UHGV virus genome: UHGV-0038968
DNA length: 32,947 nucleotides
Source: a virus
Strand: one strand, 5' to 3'
In this document: positions 1-9,556 of the stretch, piece after piece
Position numbering within the stretch: the first letter of the stretch is position 1
How the letters are laid out: the number at the start of each line of letters is the position of its first letter
Program-made: the position numbers and the translations under genes
Notes under the pieces: generated by a model
What the model was told of the DNA's origin: nothing
Database searches by the model: none
The model's input: the letters and a program-made list of their open reading frames with translations, nothing else

Positions 1-38
1 CTGACTGGCCTACGCCACCGGGGAAACTGGCCAGTCAG
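1..38. other. Perfect 10-bp inverted repeat (CTGACTGGCC / GGCCAGTCAG) with 18-nt spacer at the window edge
   Basis: Read directly from sequence; lies 3' of the small ORF that follows the tail fiber gene; terminator or recombination site not distinguishable. Confidence 0.4.
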
Positions 39-49
39 TAGCATGTTTC

Positions 50-214
50 TTATATCGCTGGGGCTGGCAGTATTTTCTGCATAACTTCAGGTTGCGCGTT
101 ATAAAACTCAATATAACGCGCATCATTCATATCAATCTGTGTGGAGTTTTCTTGCTCGCATGAGAACAATGCCACAACTGACTTTCCATCTGGTGTTAAT
201 TCAGCGTAAATCAT
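50..214 (-). CDS. Small ORF (54 aa, [17 protein letters not shown]...) overlapping the tail fiber stop (ATGA); possible truncated tail fiber assembly protein
   Basis: Hand-translated; below the ORF-track length cutoff; position matches where tail fiber assembly chaperones sit, but much shorter than typical. Confidence 0.25.
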   Translation of the reverse strand: MIYAELTPDGKSVVALFSCEQENSTQIDMNDARYIEFYNAQPEVMQKILPAPAI

Positions 215-1272
215 ATCGTATACCCACTGATAAATATTGATGCAGAAAAACCCGTGATTGATGTGCCGTTCGGGTTCACGTCATAAAAAATTGATTGTGG
301 GGTTGATAGCAATAATTCTGCAAACTGACCATAAACCCCTATGCCAAAATTCCCAACATACCCCCCGATTGATACGTACCCGACACCGCTATTGGTGGAT
401 GCAACATCAATAATTAAACCGCCCGATTTCTCATCACCTGATGTTGCATAGATGGAACCATAGCCACTCACTTTCCTTGCATTTTTGGGAACAATCGCAG
501 CAATAGATAACTCAGTTAGCGTATTAACTGTTGCGGTTGTTGTTATTGCTGTCTGACGGTCAATATTAATAACCCGCCCGTGCTGCGTTCCTGCTTTAAA
601 TTTTGACTCTGAAATACCCCAAACACTCACCAGTGCACTGGCGGTATAGTCAGGTGGTAACGATGAACCACCATAAATCTCTGGTGCTTCAGCGGAGGTT
701 GCATTTACCGCAAGCAATGACGACATATCAGTAGTCGGATTATAAATCGCATACAAAGCAACAAATCCTGTTGCCGGAACTGTGCCCGTATCCATCCCGC
801 CTGCCCCTGTTTTCATCAGGTCTACAGATTTATTGAAATTACTCAATCGATACTGGCGTCCATCGCCATCTTCAACAATCAACTCATCGGCTGAAAATGT
901 CGCAGTAGCACTCGCGGCAGCCACTGACATTCTGGCATTTCGCGACTGCCCAACAACGCCAGAAAATGATTCTCTCAATTGAAGGTTTTCGAGAGCTGTT
1001 TTCACCGTGCCATCCGATTTGATATCGCCAAACGGATTTTTGCGGCTTAACAGCAGCGCACGAAGCGCGGTAAGCAGCTGGTCATGCCGCCCCTTCTCCA
1101 GGCTGGCACCGGATTCCTCCACCACGCTGCAAAGCTCTTCCTGCAACATGTCAAAGTAGTCATCATCCAGATCGGTGGCAGGCGTGCCGGTCTGGGGGTT
1201 ACCACGGGTAAAACCGTTCTTACCCGCGCCGAACTTATCCTTCTGCGCGGTTTTCGTGTCTATGCGATGCAT
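211..1272 (-). CDS. Phage tail fiber protein
   Basis: 353 aa; N-terminus [47 protein letters not shown] typical of enterobacterial prophage tail fibers; Gly/Ser-rich C-terminal region; last gene of the tail module. Confidence 0.75.
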   Translation of the reverse strand: MHRIDTKTAQKDKFGAGKNGFTRGNPQTGTPATDLDDDYFDMLQEELCSVVEESGASLEKGRHDQLLTALRALLLSRKNPFGDIKSDGTVKTALENLQLRESFSGVVGQSRNARMSVAAASATATFSADELIVEDGDGRQYRLSNFNKSVDLMKTGAGGMDTGTVPATGFVALYAIYNPTTDMSSLLAVNATSAEAPEIYGGSSLPPDYTASALVSVWGISESKFKAGTQHGRVINIDRQTAITTTATVNTLTELSIAAIVPKNARKVSGYGSIYATSGDEKSGGLIIDVASTNSGVGYVSIGGYVGNFGIGVYGQFAELLLSTPQSIFYDVNPNGTSITGFSASIFISGYTI

Positions 1273-1275
1273 GGA

Positions 1276-1860
1276 TTACTCCGGATATTTAAAAATTACG
1301 TAGGTATGAGACGGACAGAGTTTGTTAAGCACGCACTCGACAATGGTGTCCCCCCAGATACGCAGTGCGGAATCACAGGGATCGCCACATGTCATCCAGG
1401 TGGTGTTGGTGGCGGCTGGCATGTTGACCTGCCAGTAATACCGCCATTCCGGCGCATTCACCGCGTCAGTACAGGCCGATGAGCAGGTGAACGTGCTTTT
1501 GTCGTATCGCGTGATGGTAGCGTCTGGTCTGCCCAGGGCAGCAAGCTGTGCAAGGTAAAAATCCTCATTGATGCCGCCAGCCAGATTAACCTTCGCATCC
1601 AGCCGTTGCTGACGCTGGCGAAGGGTCTGTGTCCCTGCGGGAATACATTCATCCGGCAGACCGCACAGACGCTCCCAGCGGTTTATCAGTTCAGTGGTGG
1701 TGCGCGGATCCAGCTCCCGCATCAGGGCATCCGCACGCTGATGAACGCGGGTTAATGACGGTGCCGCACCAGCAATCGCCGGATCGCTGGCTGACCACGC
1801 CGGACCGGGCGGCAGCAGTGCCGACAACAGACGGATGTAATCATCGTTTGTCACGTCCAT
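1276..1860 (-). CDS. Tail/baseplate protein, Mu gp48-like (DUF2313, YmfQ-like)
   Basis: 194 aa; sits between baseplate J-like gene and tail fiber as in Mu-like tail modules; family assigned from memory. Confidence 0.6.
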   Translation of the reverse strand: MDVTNDDYIRLLSALLPPGPAWSASDPAIAGAAPSLTRVHQRADALMRELDPRTTTELINRWERLCGLPDECIPAGTQTLRQRQQRLDAKVNLAGGINEDFYLAQLAALGRPDATITRYDKSTFTCSSACTDAVNAPEWRYYWQVNMPAATNTTWMTCGDPCDSALRIWGDTIVECVLNKLCPSHTYVIFKYPE

Positions 1861-2909
1861 GAAATCGTCCCCAGAACCGCCAGTTCATTTTTTGCAATGG
1901 AGATATTGTCCGCCGGTGCAAGCAACTGATGGCTGTATTCCCCGTTCGCACCGGAAATCGCTTCACTGATACGTGACACCTTCAGTTCTCCCTGCGGATA
2001 ACCATCACGCAGCAGGAACGAACGCAACTCGGCGGTGATGGCAGCCCGTATTTCCGGTGTGTCCGGCGTCACGCGGATATGAAAATCCACCGTATGTGCC
2101 ACCGGCCTGAACACATACAAATCAGAGCCTGCCACCGGGGCCAGTGGCCCGATATGTTGTCTTGCCGCCGTTTCCGTTGATTCTTCCGGAATGGGATTAA
2201 TCAGGTCACTGCTGGCAATCATCACACCGACAGTTCCCGTTCCCATCCAGTGACGGTATGTCCATGCGCGGGTAATGCCGGGCACTTCTTTAGCCCAGAC
2301 GACATAGTCCCCGTCAGCCCCGCCCTGCGGCGTCCAGTAATACCGCTCAATGACGCGGGCGCGCCACGTTTCCAGATCTTCAGTATCGAATCCGCCAGTC
2401 AGGGTATCTGCAACACCGGAAGACGGCAGACCATTCACCGGCGTGACCAGGATTAATGCCGTACCGTCGTCAGCGTTACCGACCGCGCCTGTAGTTGAGC
2501 AAGTGATCGGCACACGCAGGACACCACCGGAGCTGGTTGCATCGGCAGTTGCCGTGTACTGAACCAGGTCATCGCGCTGAATAACACTCCCGGCGGTCAC
2601 CTTCAGGCCATCGCTGACACCTTCCCAGCGCACATACCCGCTGGCAGCCGTGGCCCCCTTGCGCGGACACCGTTTCATCGCAGCATGTCGCGCCAGCCAG
2701 GACTCATCGCACAGGTCAGGCAGCATATTCATTGCCAGATAATCGATGTACCCGTAAACCGTATGCAGCGCCGCCGCATACACCTTTGCCCGCACGTCTT
2801 CATCCATGCGCCGGAGCGTGTCGCTGACGTCCAGCCTGGCGAATAAATCGTTACGGAGCATACTGATATTTTCTGCCAGCGTCGGGCGCTGAAATTCACT
2901 GTCCGCCAT
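1851..2909 (-). CDS. Baseplate J-like protein (Mu gp47-like)
   Basis: 352 aa; size and position in a Mu-like baseplate cluster; translation consistent with baseplate J family. Confidence 0.75.
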   Translation of the reverse strand: MADSEFQRPTLAENISMLRNDLFARLDVSDTLRRMDEDVRAKVYAAALHTVYGYIDYLAMNMLPDLCDESWLARHAAMKRCPRKGATAASGYVRWEGVSDGLKVTAGSVIQRDDLVQYTATADATSSGGVLRVPITCSTTGAVGNADDGTALILVTPVNGLPSSGVADTLTGGFDTEDLETWRARVIERYYWTPQGGADGDYVVWAKEVPGITRAWTYRHWMGTGTVGVMIASSDLINPIPEESTETAARQHIGPLAPVAGSDLYVFRPVAHTVDFHIRVTPDTPEIRAAITAELRSFLLRDGYPQGELKVSRISEAISGANGEYSHQLLAPADNISIAKNELAVLGTISWT

Positions 2910-3324
2910 GCGTTATCGCACTCCACAGATCATCAAAAGAAATCATTACCGGTCCGTCACGACGCCAGAGAGTGATACTGTTACCCAGCTCATTAATCCC
3001 GGTGCGGCGGATATCCAGATCAATACGGGACACCACGCCGTCATCAATCATCCATTGCAGGCATTCGCGGATATACCCCCTTACCGTCTGCACCAGCTGA
3101 TTGGTCAGTTTGCTGCGCTGAAGCAGCCACAGTCGGGAGCCGTAACGGTCATTCTGTACCGCAGGCCAGGTATCCCCCCACCATCCCATCGGGACGTCGG
3201 CGTTGTCATCAGGCTCAGCCCGCCGCCAGGTAAACAGGGAAATCACCACGGCGCGGGTCAGCGGATCCAGCGGTGCGCTGGCGCAGGTGCGTTTACCGTT
3301 CACCGTCAGCCACAGTTCCATCAT
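2896..3324 (-). CDS. Baseplate protein, Mu gp46-like
   Basis: 142 aa; lies between the V-like spike and J-like genes, overlapping both neighbours. Confidence 0.6.
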   Translation of the reverse strand: MMELWLTVNGKRTCASAPLDPLTRAVVISLFTWRRAEPDDNADVPMGWWGDTWPAVQNDRYGSRLWLLQRSKLTNQLVQTVRGYIRECLQWMIDDGVVSRIDLDIRRTGINELGNSITLWRRDGPVMISFDDLWSAITHGGQ

Positions 3325-3869
3325 GCCTCCATCGCTTTATCAGGTTTGTCGGTGTTACTGCCCTGACCGTTCTCTCTGTGACGATGCCCGTTATAGGCAA
3401 GCCGCATCGCTGACATGGTGGTGCCGCCGGAGTCGCACAGGTCTTTCACCTGTCCTGTCACTTCCAGGTCCATTTCAAAACGTGCTTTAGGTGAATTGCG
3501 AAACGTGATCGTTTTACCTGCACCCTCCACCACGATCCCCTCCCGGGTCAGCGTCACGGACTGCCCCTGATCGTCATAGACAGCCACCTCACCCGTCTGC
3601 AGCCCTTTCAGGCGGTAGCGCCGGTCCGACACCGTAACAACCACCGCATGAGAACGGTCGCCATCCGGAAACAACACCACCGCTTCCGCACCGCTGTTTG
3701 CCCTTGCGGTAAAACCGTAGGGTTCAAGATGTTCAACCCCGGCTTTGGGTTCACCGGCAATCAGGGACACATCCACGGTCTGACATTTCGTGGCGGCACT
3801 GATGCTTTTCACCACGGCCCGCCCAATCAGGCCGAGGAGTTGTCGCTGCATGGCTTCAATCGTCCTCAT
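3321..3869 (-). CDS. Baseplate assembly protein V-like (spike, Mu gp45-like)
   Basis: 182 aa; position and size match baseplate V/spike proteins. Confidence 0.65.
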   Translation of the reverse strand: MRTIEAMQRQLLGLIGRAVVKSISAATKCQTVDVSLIAGEPKAGVEHLEPYGFTARANSGAEAVVLFPDGDRSHAVVVTVSDRRYRLKGLQTGEVAVYDDQGQSVTLTREGIVVEGAGKTITFRNSPKARFEMDLEVTGQVKDLCDSGGTTMSAMRLAYNGHRHRENGQGSNTDKPDKAMEA

Positions 3870-4948
3870 CAGAACGGGTCCTCCTGTACTCTGGCTTTTT
3901 TCTTTTTCCGCGCGCCGGGGGCTTCGGGTTCAGGCAGATAAGCATCAGGTGGGCCGACACGGATTTCCGTCAGGGTGCCGTTCTGGTCCTGAGTAAACGT
4001 GACTTCCGAAACAAGCAGTTCGGTATTGTCGAAACCACAGACCGGATCAAAGACAATCACCCGCTGGTTGGGCTGCCACAGCGTACCGTTACCCTGTCGC
4101 CAGCCCTGCACCACATAGGTGGTTTCATCCGTCCGCGCCGCCCGTTGTCTGGCTTCAAAGTCCGCACGGGCAATACAGCCTGCCCCCGTAGCCTGCCCTG
4201 TCTGCCTGATATACATCGGACGGTAACGGGCAATAAATGCGTCCTCTGTGCGGGCCCGCAGCGCGGTGGTGGTGGCCTCACCGAAATCATCGTCGTTTCC
4301 GGCACGCTGCCCCGCCACCTGGTAAACAGAAAACCGCTCCCGGATACTCTTCTCCGTATCGCAGGAAAGGATGTTTTCCCCGAGTACCAGCGCAGTATGT
4401 GCCCGCGTTGAGCCAATACCGCCAATCACCAGCCTGCCGTGCGGGTCGTCGTAAGCCAGTGCCTGCTGCTGACCGAGTATTTTGTTGATTACCTCAATCA
4501 CCGTTTCACCGTGATCAGGCTGAACATCAGGAATAACACCCGACGGCGCACCGCTGTTCACCACCTCAATGCCGAAAGGCGCAGCAAGCGCCTGCGCAAT
4601 CTGCACCAGCGAGCGTCCGTTAAACTGTGTCGGTTCGGCTGCACAGTCAATCAGGTCAGCCGTCAGACTACGTCCGGCAATACCGGTGCTGACCGAACGG
4701 GCATCGTAACGAACGGGAGTCGCCTCCACCCAGCCGGTGATCACCAGCTCATCACCAATCAGCACTTCCACTTTTGAACCGTTTTTAATGCGCGGCTGAA
4801 GCGTGGTGATACCCTCATCTCCCGGCCACTGGCGAGTGATCTCCACACTGAAATCCCGCGCCAGCCGTTCAATACCGGCACCGATGCGCACCGATGTCCA
4901 GCCATTCCACTCCCGGCCATTTACCCGTAGCGTGACATTGTCGTTCAT
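3869..4948 (-). CDS. Tail protein, Mu gpP (gp44)-like baseplate hub
   Basis: 359 aa; follows the DNA-circulation gene as in Mu. Confidence 0.65.
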   Translation of the reverse strand: MNDNVTLRVNGREWNGWTSVRIGAGIERLARDFSVEITRQWPGDEGITTLQPRIKNGSKVEVLIGDELVITGWVEATPVRYDARSVSTGIAGRSLTADLIDCAAEPTQFNGRSLVQIAQALAAPFGIEVVNSGAPSGVIPDVQPDHGETVIEVINKILGQQQALAYDDPHGRLVIGGIGSTRAHTALVLGENILSCDTEKSIRERFSVYQVAGQRAGNDDDFGEATTTALRARTEDAFIARYRPMYIRQTGQATGAGCIARADFEARQRAARTDETTYVVQGWRQGNGTLWQPNQRVIVFDPVCGFDNTELLVSEVTFTQDQNGTLTEIRVGPPDAYLPEPEAPGARKKKKARVQEDPF

Positions 4949-6273
4949 TGCACTGGCACCTTCAGAGGGATCACCGGCACAAAGCCGGGATGCGTAATGG
5001 CATTACGCCGGATAATGTCCGCATCACGCGCCGCGTTATCAAACCAGGTAGCCGCCAGCACCAGCGCGGGTAAAACCTCATCCGGTGTGCGCTGAATGAT
5101 CCGTGCAGACTGTTCAAGGCGCGTGTTGATATCCGCATTCAGATCTGCTTTCACCCGGCGCAGCGCCAGAAACAGCGCATCACTGGTTGTACGGGACAAC
5201 TCCTTATCAATTGCCGTATTCAGTGTGTCGCGAATGTCAGTCAGTTCTTCCCACGTCGGCAGGTCAACCGTGTTTTTCACCGCCGGTGCATTGTTTAGTG
5301 CCGGATGCGTGACGGAAGGCCAGCCAGTGCTCTGCGCGGGTGTTGTTGCCTGCCCCACTGCGGAATTCTGCATCACCGCGGAAGTTGTTGGCGCAGACAA
5401 TCGGGTGACGGCATACGCCGCTTCGCTGATTGCGGTCGTACGAAGGGTGCTGGCAACCACGTTACGCTGCTGCGTCGCCGTGGCGGTGGTTTTACTGTCC
5501 GTTTTCCAGACGCCGCGCGGTTGCAGATCGCTGCCGAGGCTGACACCGGAAAGCGTTTTGATCATGGTGACCAGGTCGCTGGCGTTACCATAAAGGCGTT
5601 TCCCGGTACGCCACATTTTCTGCACCTGCTCAACGAAATTTTTGCCTGACGATGGCGGCGGCAGAAGTACCGAGATATCCCCCTGCAACAGCCTGGCGGC
5701 ATCCGATACGGCAGAATCCACCACTTTCATCGCATCAGAAACATACCCAAGCATTGTGCTGGCATTACCGACGACATCGTTCTGCACAAAATCTGCCACG
5801 CCATCGATACTGAAACTACTGAAACTGTCACTGATGCAGTCATCCAGTGCAGAACAGGATGACATCAGCGTCTGCGCCGTCGCCGCACCTGATGTGGGGT
5901 AAGAGAGTTCTCCCGCTTCGACAAACTTCAGGTCAAAGCGGACAATACGCCCTTCACTCTTCGATGTGCTGACCCGAACTTCTCCGTCAACACAGACTTT
6001 CAGCTCACCGTAAGTCGGATGGACAAGCGTGCCGGGACCGGGTTTATTCAGCGCGTCAATCAGGCGATCGCGCTGGTCAAAGCAGTCATCTCCCACCACA
6101 TAAGCCGTAATGGACGGGCGGAAAGTGATTTTCCCCAGGTCTTCGGTATAGGGTTTGTCGCGGTTCGGGTATTCGTGCGTTTCCACACGACGGCCAGTTC
6201 CCGCACTTTCTTCTTCAACCTTAAACGGCACACCTCGAAATGACGCATCCTGAAGCCTGTCTTTCCACGTCAT
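4945..6273 (-). CDS. DNA circulation protein-like (Mu N / gp43-like)
   Basis: 442 aa; N-terminus MTWKDRLQDASFRGVPFKVEEE...THEYPNRD resembles the Mu N family; directly downstream of the tape measure region. Confidence 0.7.
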   Translation of the reverse strand: MTWKDRLQDASFRGVPFKVEEESAGTGRRVETHEYPNRDKPYTEDLGKITFRPSITAYVVGDDCFDQRDRLIDALNKPGPGTLVHPTYGELKVCVDGEVRVSTSKSEGRIVRFDLKFVEAGELSYPTSGAATAQTLMSSCSALDDCISDSFSSFSIDGVADFVQNDVVGNASTMLGYVSDAMKVVDSAVSDAARLLQGDISVLLPPPSSGKNFVEQVQKMWRTGKRLYGNASDLVTMIKTLSGVSLGSDLQPRGVWKTDSKTTATATQQRNVVASTLRTTAISEAAYAVTRLSAPTTSAVMQNSAVGQATTPAQSTGWPSVTHPALNNAPAVKNTVDLPTWEELTDIRDTLNTAIDKELSRTTSDALFLALRRVKADLNADINTRLEQSARIIQRTPDEVLPALVLAATWFDNAARDADIIRRNAITHPGFVPVIPLKVPVQ

Positions 6274-6284
6274 ATATACTCCGA

Positions 6285-6314
6285 AAATTAAAAAGCCACC
6301 TATTAGAAGGTGGC
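6285..6314 (-). terminator. Intrinsic terminator downstream of the AT-rich moron
   Basis: Minus-strand stem GCCACC / GGTGGC with 8-nt loop followed by TTTTTAATTTT, immediately after the stop at 6335. Confidence 0.6.
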
Positions 6315-6334
6315 CTTGTAATGAATTTTATTAA

Positions 6335-6865
6335 TTAGCGAGTCAGAAACAACGAATCTTTATACTTTTGCTGTTGTTCATTTAAATACTTAGCTGTTTC
6401 ATCGCTGGCAAATGGAAATATTACCGTATTTTTAGGCATGGTAATTTCTTTTTTGTCCAGCGTCAGAGTAAACATAGGAACATACTGAGCAGAGTAACGC
6501 ACCGCAGAAACGAGCTCTAGTTTAGACTCTTCAACAACACTTAAATTATCCAGGCTAACTTTCTCTTCATCTTTTTTCTTTGACGCATTTAAAGTTTTTA
6601 TTACTTTATTTAATTTCTCCTGAAAATCCTCCTTAAAGTTTTCAGGATTGCCGTCGACAACAAGAATCTGTTCACCCTGATTATCTGGAAAAATAATCTT
6701 TGCACTTATCAATTTATTTTCTTTATAAACATCACCAAGTTTTATGGCTCCTCCAGATAACTGAATAATATGTTCATCTTTAAAGGAGATGTTGCCAGAG
6801 ATTATGAGAGATGAAAAAACAGCCGCTGCTCCAAGAATTACACTTGCTGTGATATAGCCTTTCAT
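6335..6865 (-). CDS. Hypothetical exported or membrane-anchored protein (moron), unknown function
   Basis: 176 aa; hydrophobic N-terminus MKGYITASVILGAAAVFSSLIISG; Lys/Glu-rich; visibly AT-rich unlike flanking tail genes; own promoter-like and terminator elements. Confidence 0.7.
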   Translation of the reverse strand: MKGYITASVILGAAAVFSSLIISGNISFKDEHIIQLSGGAIKLGDVYKENKLISAKIIFPDNQGEQILVVDGNPENFKEDFQEKLNKVIKTLNASKKKDEEKVSLDNLSVVEESKLELVSAVRYSAQYVPMFTLTLDKKEITMPKNTVIFPFASDETAKYLNEQQQKYKDSLFLTR

Positions 6866-6900
6866 TTTTCGCCTATTAACATTTTTCTAAATGTGCATTA

Positions 6901-6928
6901 ATTCTATCACTCTATTTATGACTTACAA
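6901..6928 (-). promoter_or_regulatory. Candidate sigma70 promoter for the moron (TTGTAA, 16-nt spacer, extended -10 TGaTAGAAT)
   Basis: Hexamers read on minus strand in the AT-rich gap between tape measure stop and moron start. Confidence 0.4.
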
Positions 6929-6956
6929 CCAGCAATACCTGTGAGGGGAATCCTGG

Positions 6957-8789
6957 CTACCAAAATCGGGTATAGCCAACATCGTGATTTATATCAATGC
7001 CACTGGAGCGTGTTTCCGTAACCCGCATACCTGGTGGCATATTTATAAATGATACCTTGATCTCACCATCAACTTTTGGCGCAGAAGCTTTGTTAATCAT
7101 GAAGGGATTCGGGCCTGTGGCATCGGAGGCGTTGTTTGACTGAGCCAGATCTACCGCCGGATAAGGTGTGTATCCCCGCGCCGGTATTCCCGTCCCATAA
7201 GCATCATAAGCACCCGCGCCCCACTGCGCAGAGTTAATGGCATCGACCGTGTCACCGGAACTGTCGGTAAACCACTCAATAATTGGCTTCAGCTTATCCC
7301 ACATATCCTGAAACCACTTAACAACCGGTCCCCAGTTATTGATCACCATCCCCAGCGGCGACCAGGCAAAAACCTTCTTCAGAAGTTCCCAGCCAGCCTC
7401 AAAATAAGGACCAATGGTTTCCCAGAGCTTCTTAAAATAAGGTCCGACAACATCCCAGTTAGTGATAATTAATCCCGCAGCCAGAGCAATCGCCGTCGCA
7501 ATCATGCCAATCGGCGTCATCGACATAATCCTGCTGACAATACTGATGGCACTGCCCACGCCCATCAATCCCAGTTTCAGAATCGCAAGACCGGCAGCAA
7601 GCCCGACGACGCCGCGAATAACCCGGGGATTTTCATCCGCAAACTTCGTGAATTTTTCCCCTAACTCCCCCAGCCACTGCGTGATGTTCTTAGCGTCACC
7701 AGAAAATGCGCCGCCAATAGCCGCAAGGCCGTTAGTTGCGGTCCCCGTCATTGCCTCCCACAGGTTGGACAGCGTACCAAGCTGAGCCTGAACACGTTTA
7801 TTCAGGCTGGCCTGTTTATTCATCTTCTGCTGGATCTGATCGTAGCCATCCTTTCCTTTATCGATTAGTGCATTGACCACCTGAAGGGTTTCGGCATCAT
7901 CACCAAATATTGCCTTAAGTACACCGGTTCGCTTAACGTCGGTCAGTTTTCGCAGCTTTGCCAGTTGCCTGAACATGTTATCAAGACCGCCAAAACTCCC
8001 TTTGCCATCAGTAAAATCGAGCTGTACCCCGAGTTTCTGGCGGGCCATGATTTTATTGACGTCCCTGATTTTCTTAACGCTTAATCCGGACTGGATAACT
8101 TTTCGCAGGGCATTACCTGCCGACTCCCCGTTCATCCCCATCTGATCCATCATGACACTGATGGGGGCAAGACTCTGTGCAGCCTGAAGACCGTCCTTAT
8201 TCACCATCTTCAGAACAGAGCTGGTTTTAGTGAAGAATGACAGCATGTTGGTATCGTCCACGCCCAGATAAAACGCCTTCTGAATTGTGTCGAACAGCCC
8301 CATCATGTCTTCTGAGGCCGTTCCGGTAGCATCCTGCATCTTTGCGGCAAACTCAGCAGCCGCTTCCGGTGTTTTTTTCAGTTGTACCGCAAGATAAGCT
8401 GTCGCTTTACCCACACCACCAAGAATGTTTTCTGCCGGGATCCCCTGACGCACCAGCATCTGCATCATGTTCTGGAAATCAGCCGTTGTACCGGGTAGCT
8501 GGTTACCCAGGCCAATAGCCAGTTTATTGATGTCCTGAAAGCTCTTTCCAACCTCGCCGTTCGCATCCATCATGGCGACTTTCAGCCCGGTGGCGGCGTT
8601 TTCCTGATCAGCATAAGATTTCAGGGAAAGCGTCAGACCCGCTGCCAGTCCGCCACCAAGCGCCAGCCCACCCTGTGACGCTTCTTCCGCCTGGCGTTTA
8701 AATCCCCGGATTTTCTTTTGCATTTTCGACAGCGCGGGAGAAAGCCTGTCGACACCGGTGATCAACGCCTTAAGCTCAAATTCAGCCAT
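6957..8789 (-). CDS. Tail tape measure protein
   Basis: 610 aa; Ala/Gly-rich with hydrophobic segments; follows the frameshifted chaperone pair. Confidence 0.8.
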   Translation of the reverse strand: MAEFELKALITGVDRLSPALSKMQKKIRGFKRQAEEASQGGLALGGGLAAGLTLSLKSYADQENAATGLKVAMMDANGEVGKSFQDINKLAIGLGNQLPGTTADFQNMMQMLVRQGIPAENILGGVGKATAYLAVQLKKTPEAAAEFAAKMQDATGTASEDMMGLFDTIQKAFYLGVDDTNMLSFFTKTSSVLKMVNKDGLQAAQSLAPISVMMDQMGMNGESAGNALRKVIQSGLSVKKIRDVNKIMARQKLGVQLDFTDGKGSFGGLDNMFRQLAKLRKLTDVKRTGVLKAIFGDDAETLQVVNALIDKGKDGYDQIQQKMNKQASLNKRVQAQLGTLSNLWEAMTGTATNGLAAIGGAFSGDAKNITQWLGELGEKFTKFADENPRVIRGVVGLAAGLAILKLGLMGVGSAISIVSRIMSMTPIGMIATAIALAAGLIITNWDVVGPYFKKLWETIGPYFEAGWELLKKVFAWSPLGMVINNWGPVVKWFQDMWDKLKPIIEWFTDSSGDTVDAINSAQWGAGAYDAYGTGIPARGYTPYPAVDLAQSNNASDATGPNPFMINKASAPKVDGEIKVSFINMPPGMRVTETRSSGIDINHDVGYTRFW

Positions 8790-9200
8790 GTGTGCGTTTC
8801 TCCTGCTCTATCCTGTTTGCCTGACTGACCAGCAAGGGAATTTCACTGATCGGCATATTCAGCAATTCGAAGGGATTAATGCGCCAGTAGCTGGCGCAGT
8901 CAAAGAAGCGATCAGTGAGGTATTCAGCCGTCAGGCCTGGAGGAAAAAACCAGCCACAAGCCACGCCGCTGCATTCAGGTCTGCCGGAGACATCTGGTCG
9001 ACAGAGCTTTGCGGCACTTTCGCCAGCCGCACAATGTATTTCGACACCACATGCGCCAGAAGTCTGACGGACTCATCCTGATTCATCTGGTAGGGATACC
9101 CCAGCTCGCGGACATCCTTCCCGGTGGGTTCATCAAACTCCAGTACGGAGAGTGTCTCACCATGAGCGATAATCGGTTTCTTTAACTCAAGCTCTTTCAT
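8782..9200 (-). CDS. Tail assembly chaperone, long form made by programmed -1 frameshift
   Basis: The -1 frame stays open from the slippery site to 8782 (track ORF 8782..8964), ending next to the tape measure start; same arrangement as lambda G/GT. Confidence 0.55.
8931..9200 (-). CDS. Tail assembly chaperone, short form
   Basis: 89 aa; between tail tube and tape measure; carries a slippery heptamer near its 3' end. Confidence 0.7.
   Translation of the reverse strand: MKELELKKPIIAHGETLSVLEFDEPTGKDVRELGYPYQMNQDESVRLLAHVVSKYIVRLAKVPQSSVDQMSPADLNAAAWLVAGFFLQA
8943..8949 (-). promoter_or_regulatory. Slippery heptanucleotide T_TTT_TTC for -1 ribosomal frameshifting
   Basis: Minus-strand reading GCT GGT TTT TTC CTC in the zero frame; plus-strand 8943-8949 is GAAAAAA. 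Confidence 0.6.
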
Positions 9201-9556
9201 TACTGGTAATCCCCTTCTTCACCGTGGAACTCAAGATCAACCGTGCCTTCTTCGGCATTATGGTTCGCTTCTCCGTGCAGCCAGGCGGACGACAATACAT
9301 AGACCTGACCGTTCGCCAGCTCGGCAGTGATGGTCATCTCATCAGACGAGGTGATTTTGCTCACCGGAAAATTCTTCGGCACCTTGAAGGTCCCTTTGAC
9401 ATAAGGCGCACGGTGAGTTTCCTTGCGGTCCACTGAACCGTCCAGGCCGATGATGTCATCATTGACCGTCCTGTTCATGGGCACCTCAATGCCGCCGGTC
9501 AGCGATAGCTGCTGACCGTCAATTTTGAAATAACAGGTTCCCCCGATACGGGCCAT
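9200..9556 (-). CDS. Tail tube protein (Mu gpM-like)
   Basis: 118 aa; directly downstream of the sheath gene. Confidence 0.7.
   Translation of the reverse strand: MARIGGTCYFKIDGQQLSLTGGIEVPMNRTVNDDIIGLDGSVDRKETHRAPYVKGTFKVPKNFPVSKITSSDEMTITAELANGQVYVLSSAWLHGEANHNAEEGTVDLEFHGEEGDYQ

Noticed and set aside
782-1482. Plus-strand ORFs (66 and 132 aa) within and opposite the tail fiber and gp48-like genes
   Set aside because: Antisense to well-supported tail genes in a strictly minus-strand operon; no start signals
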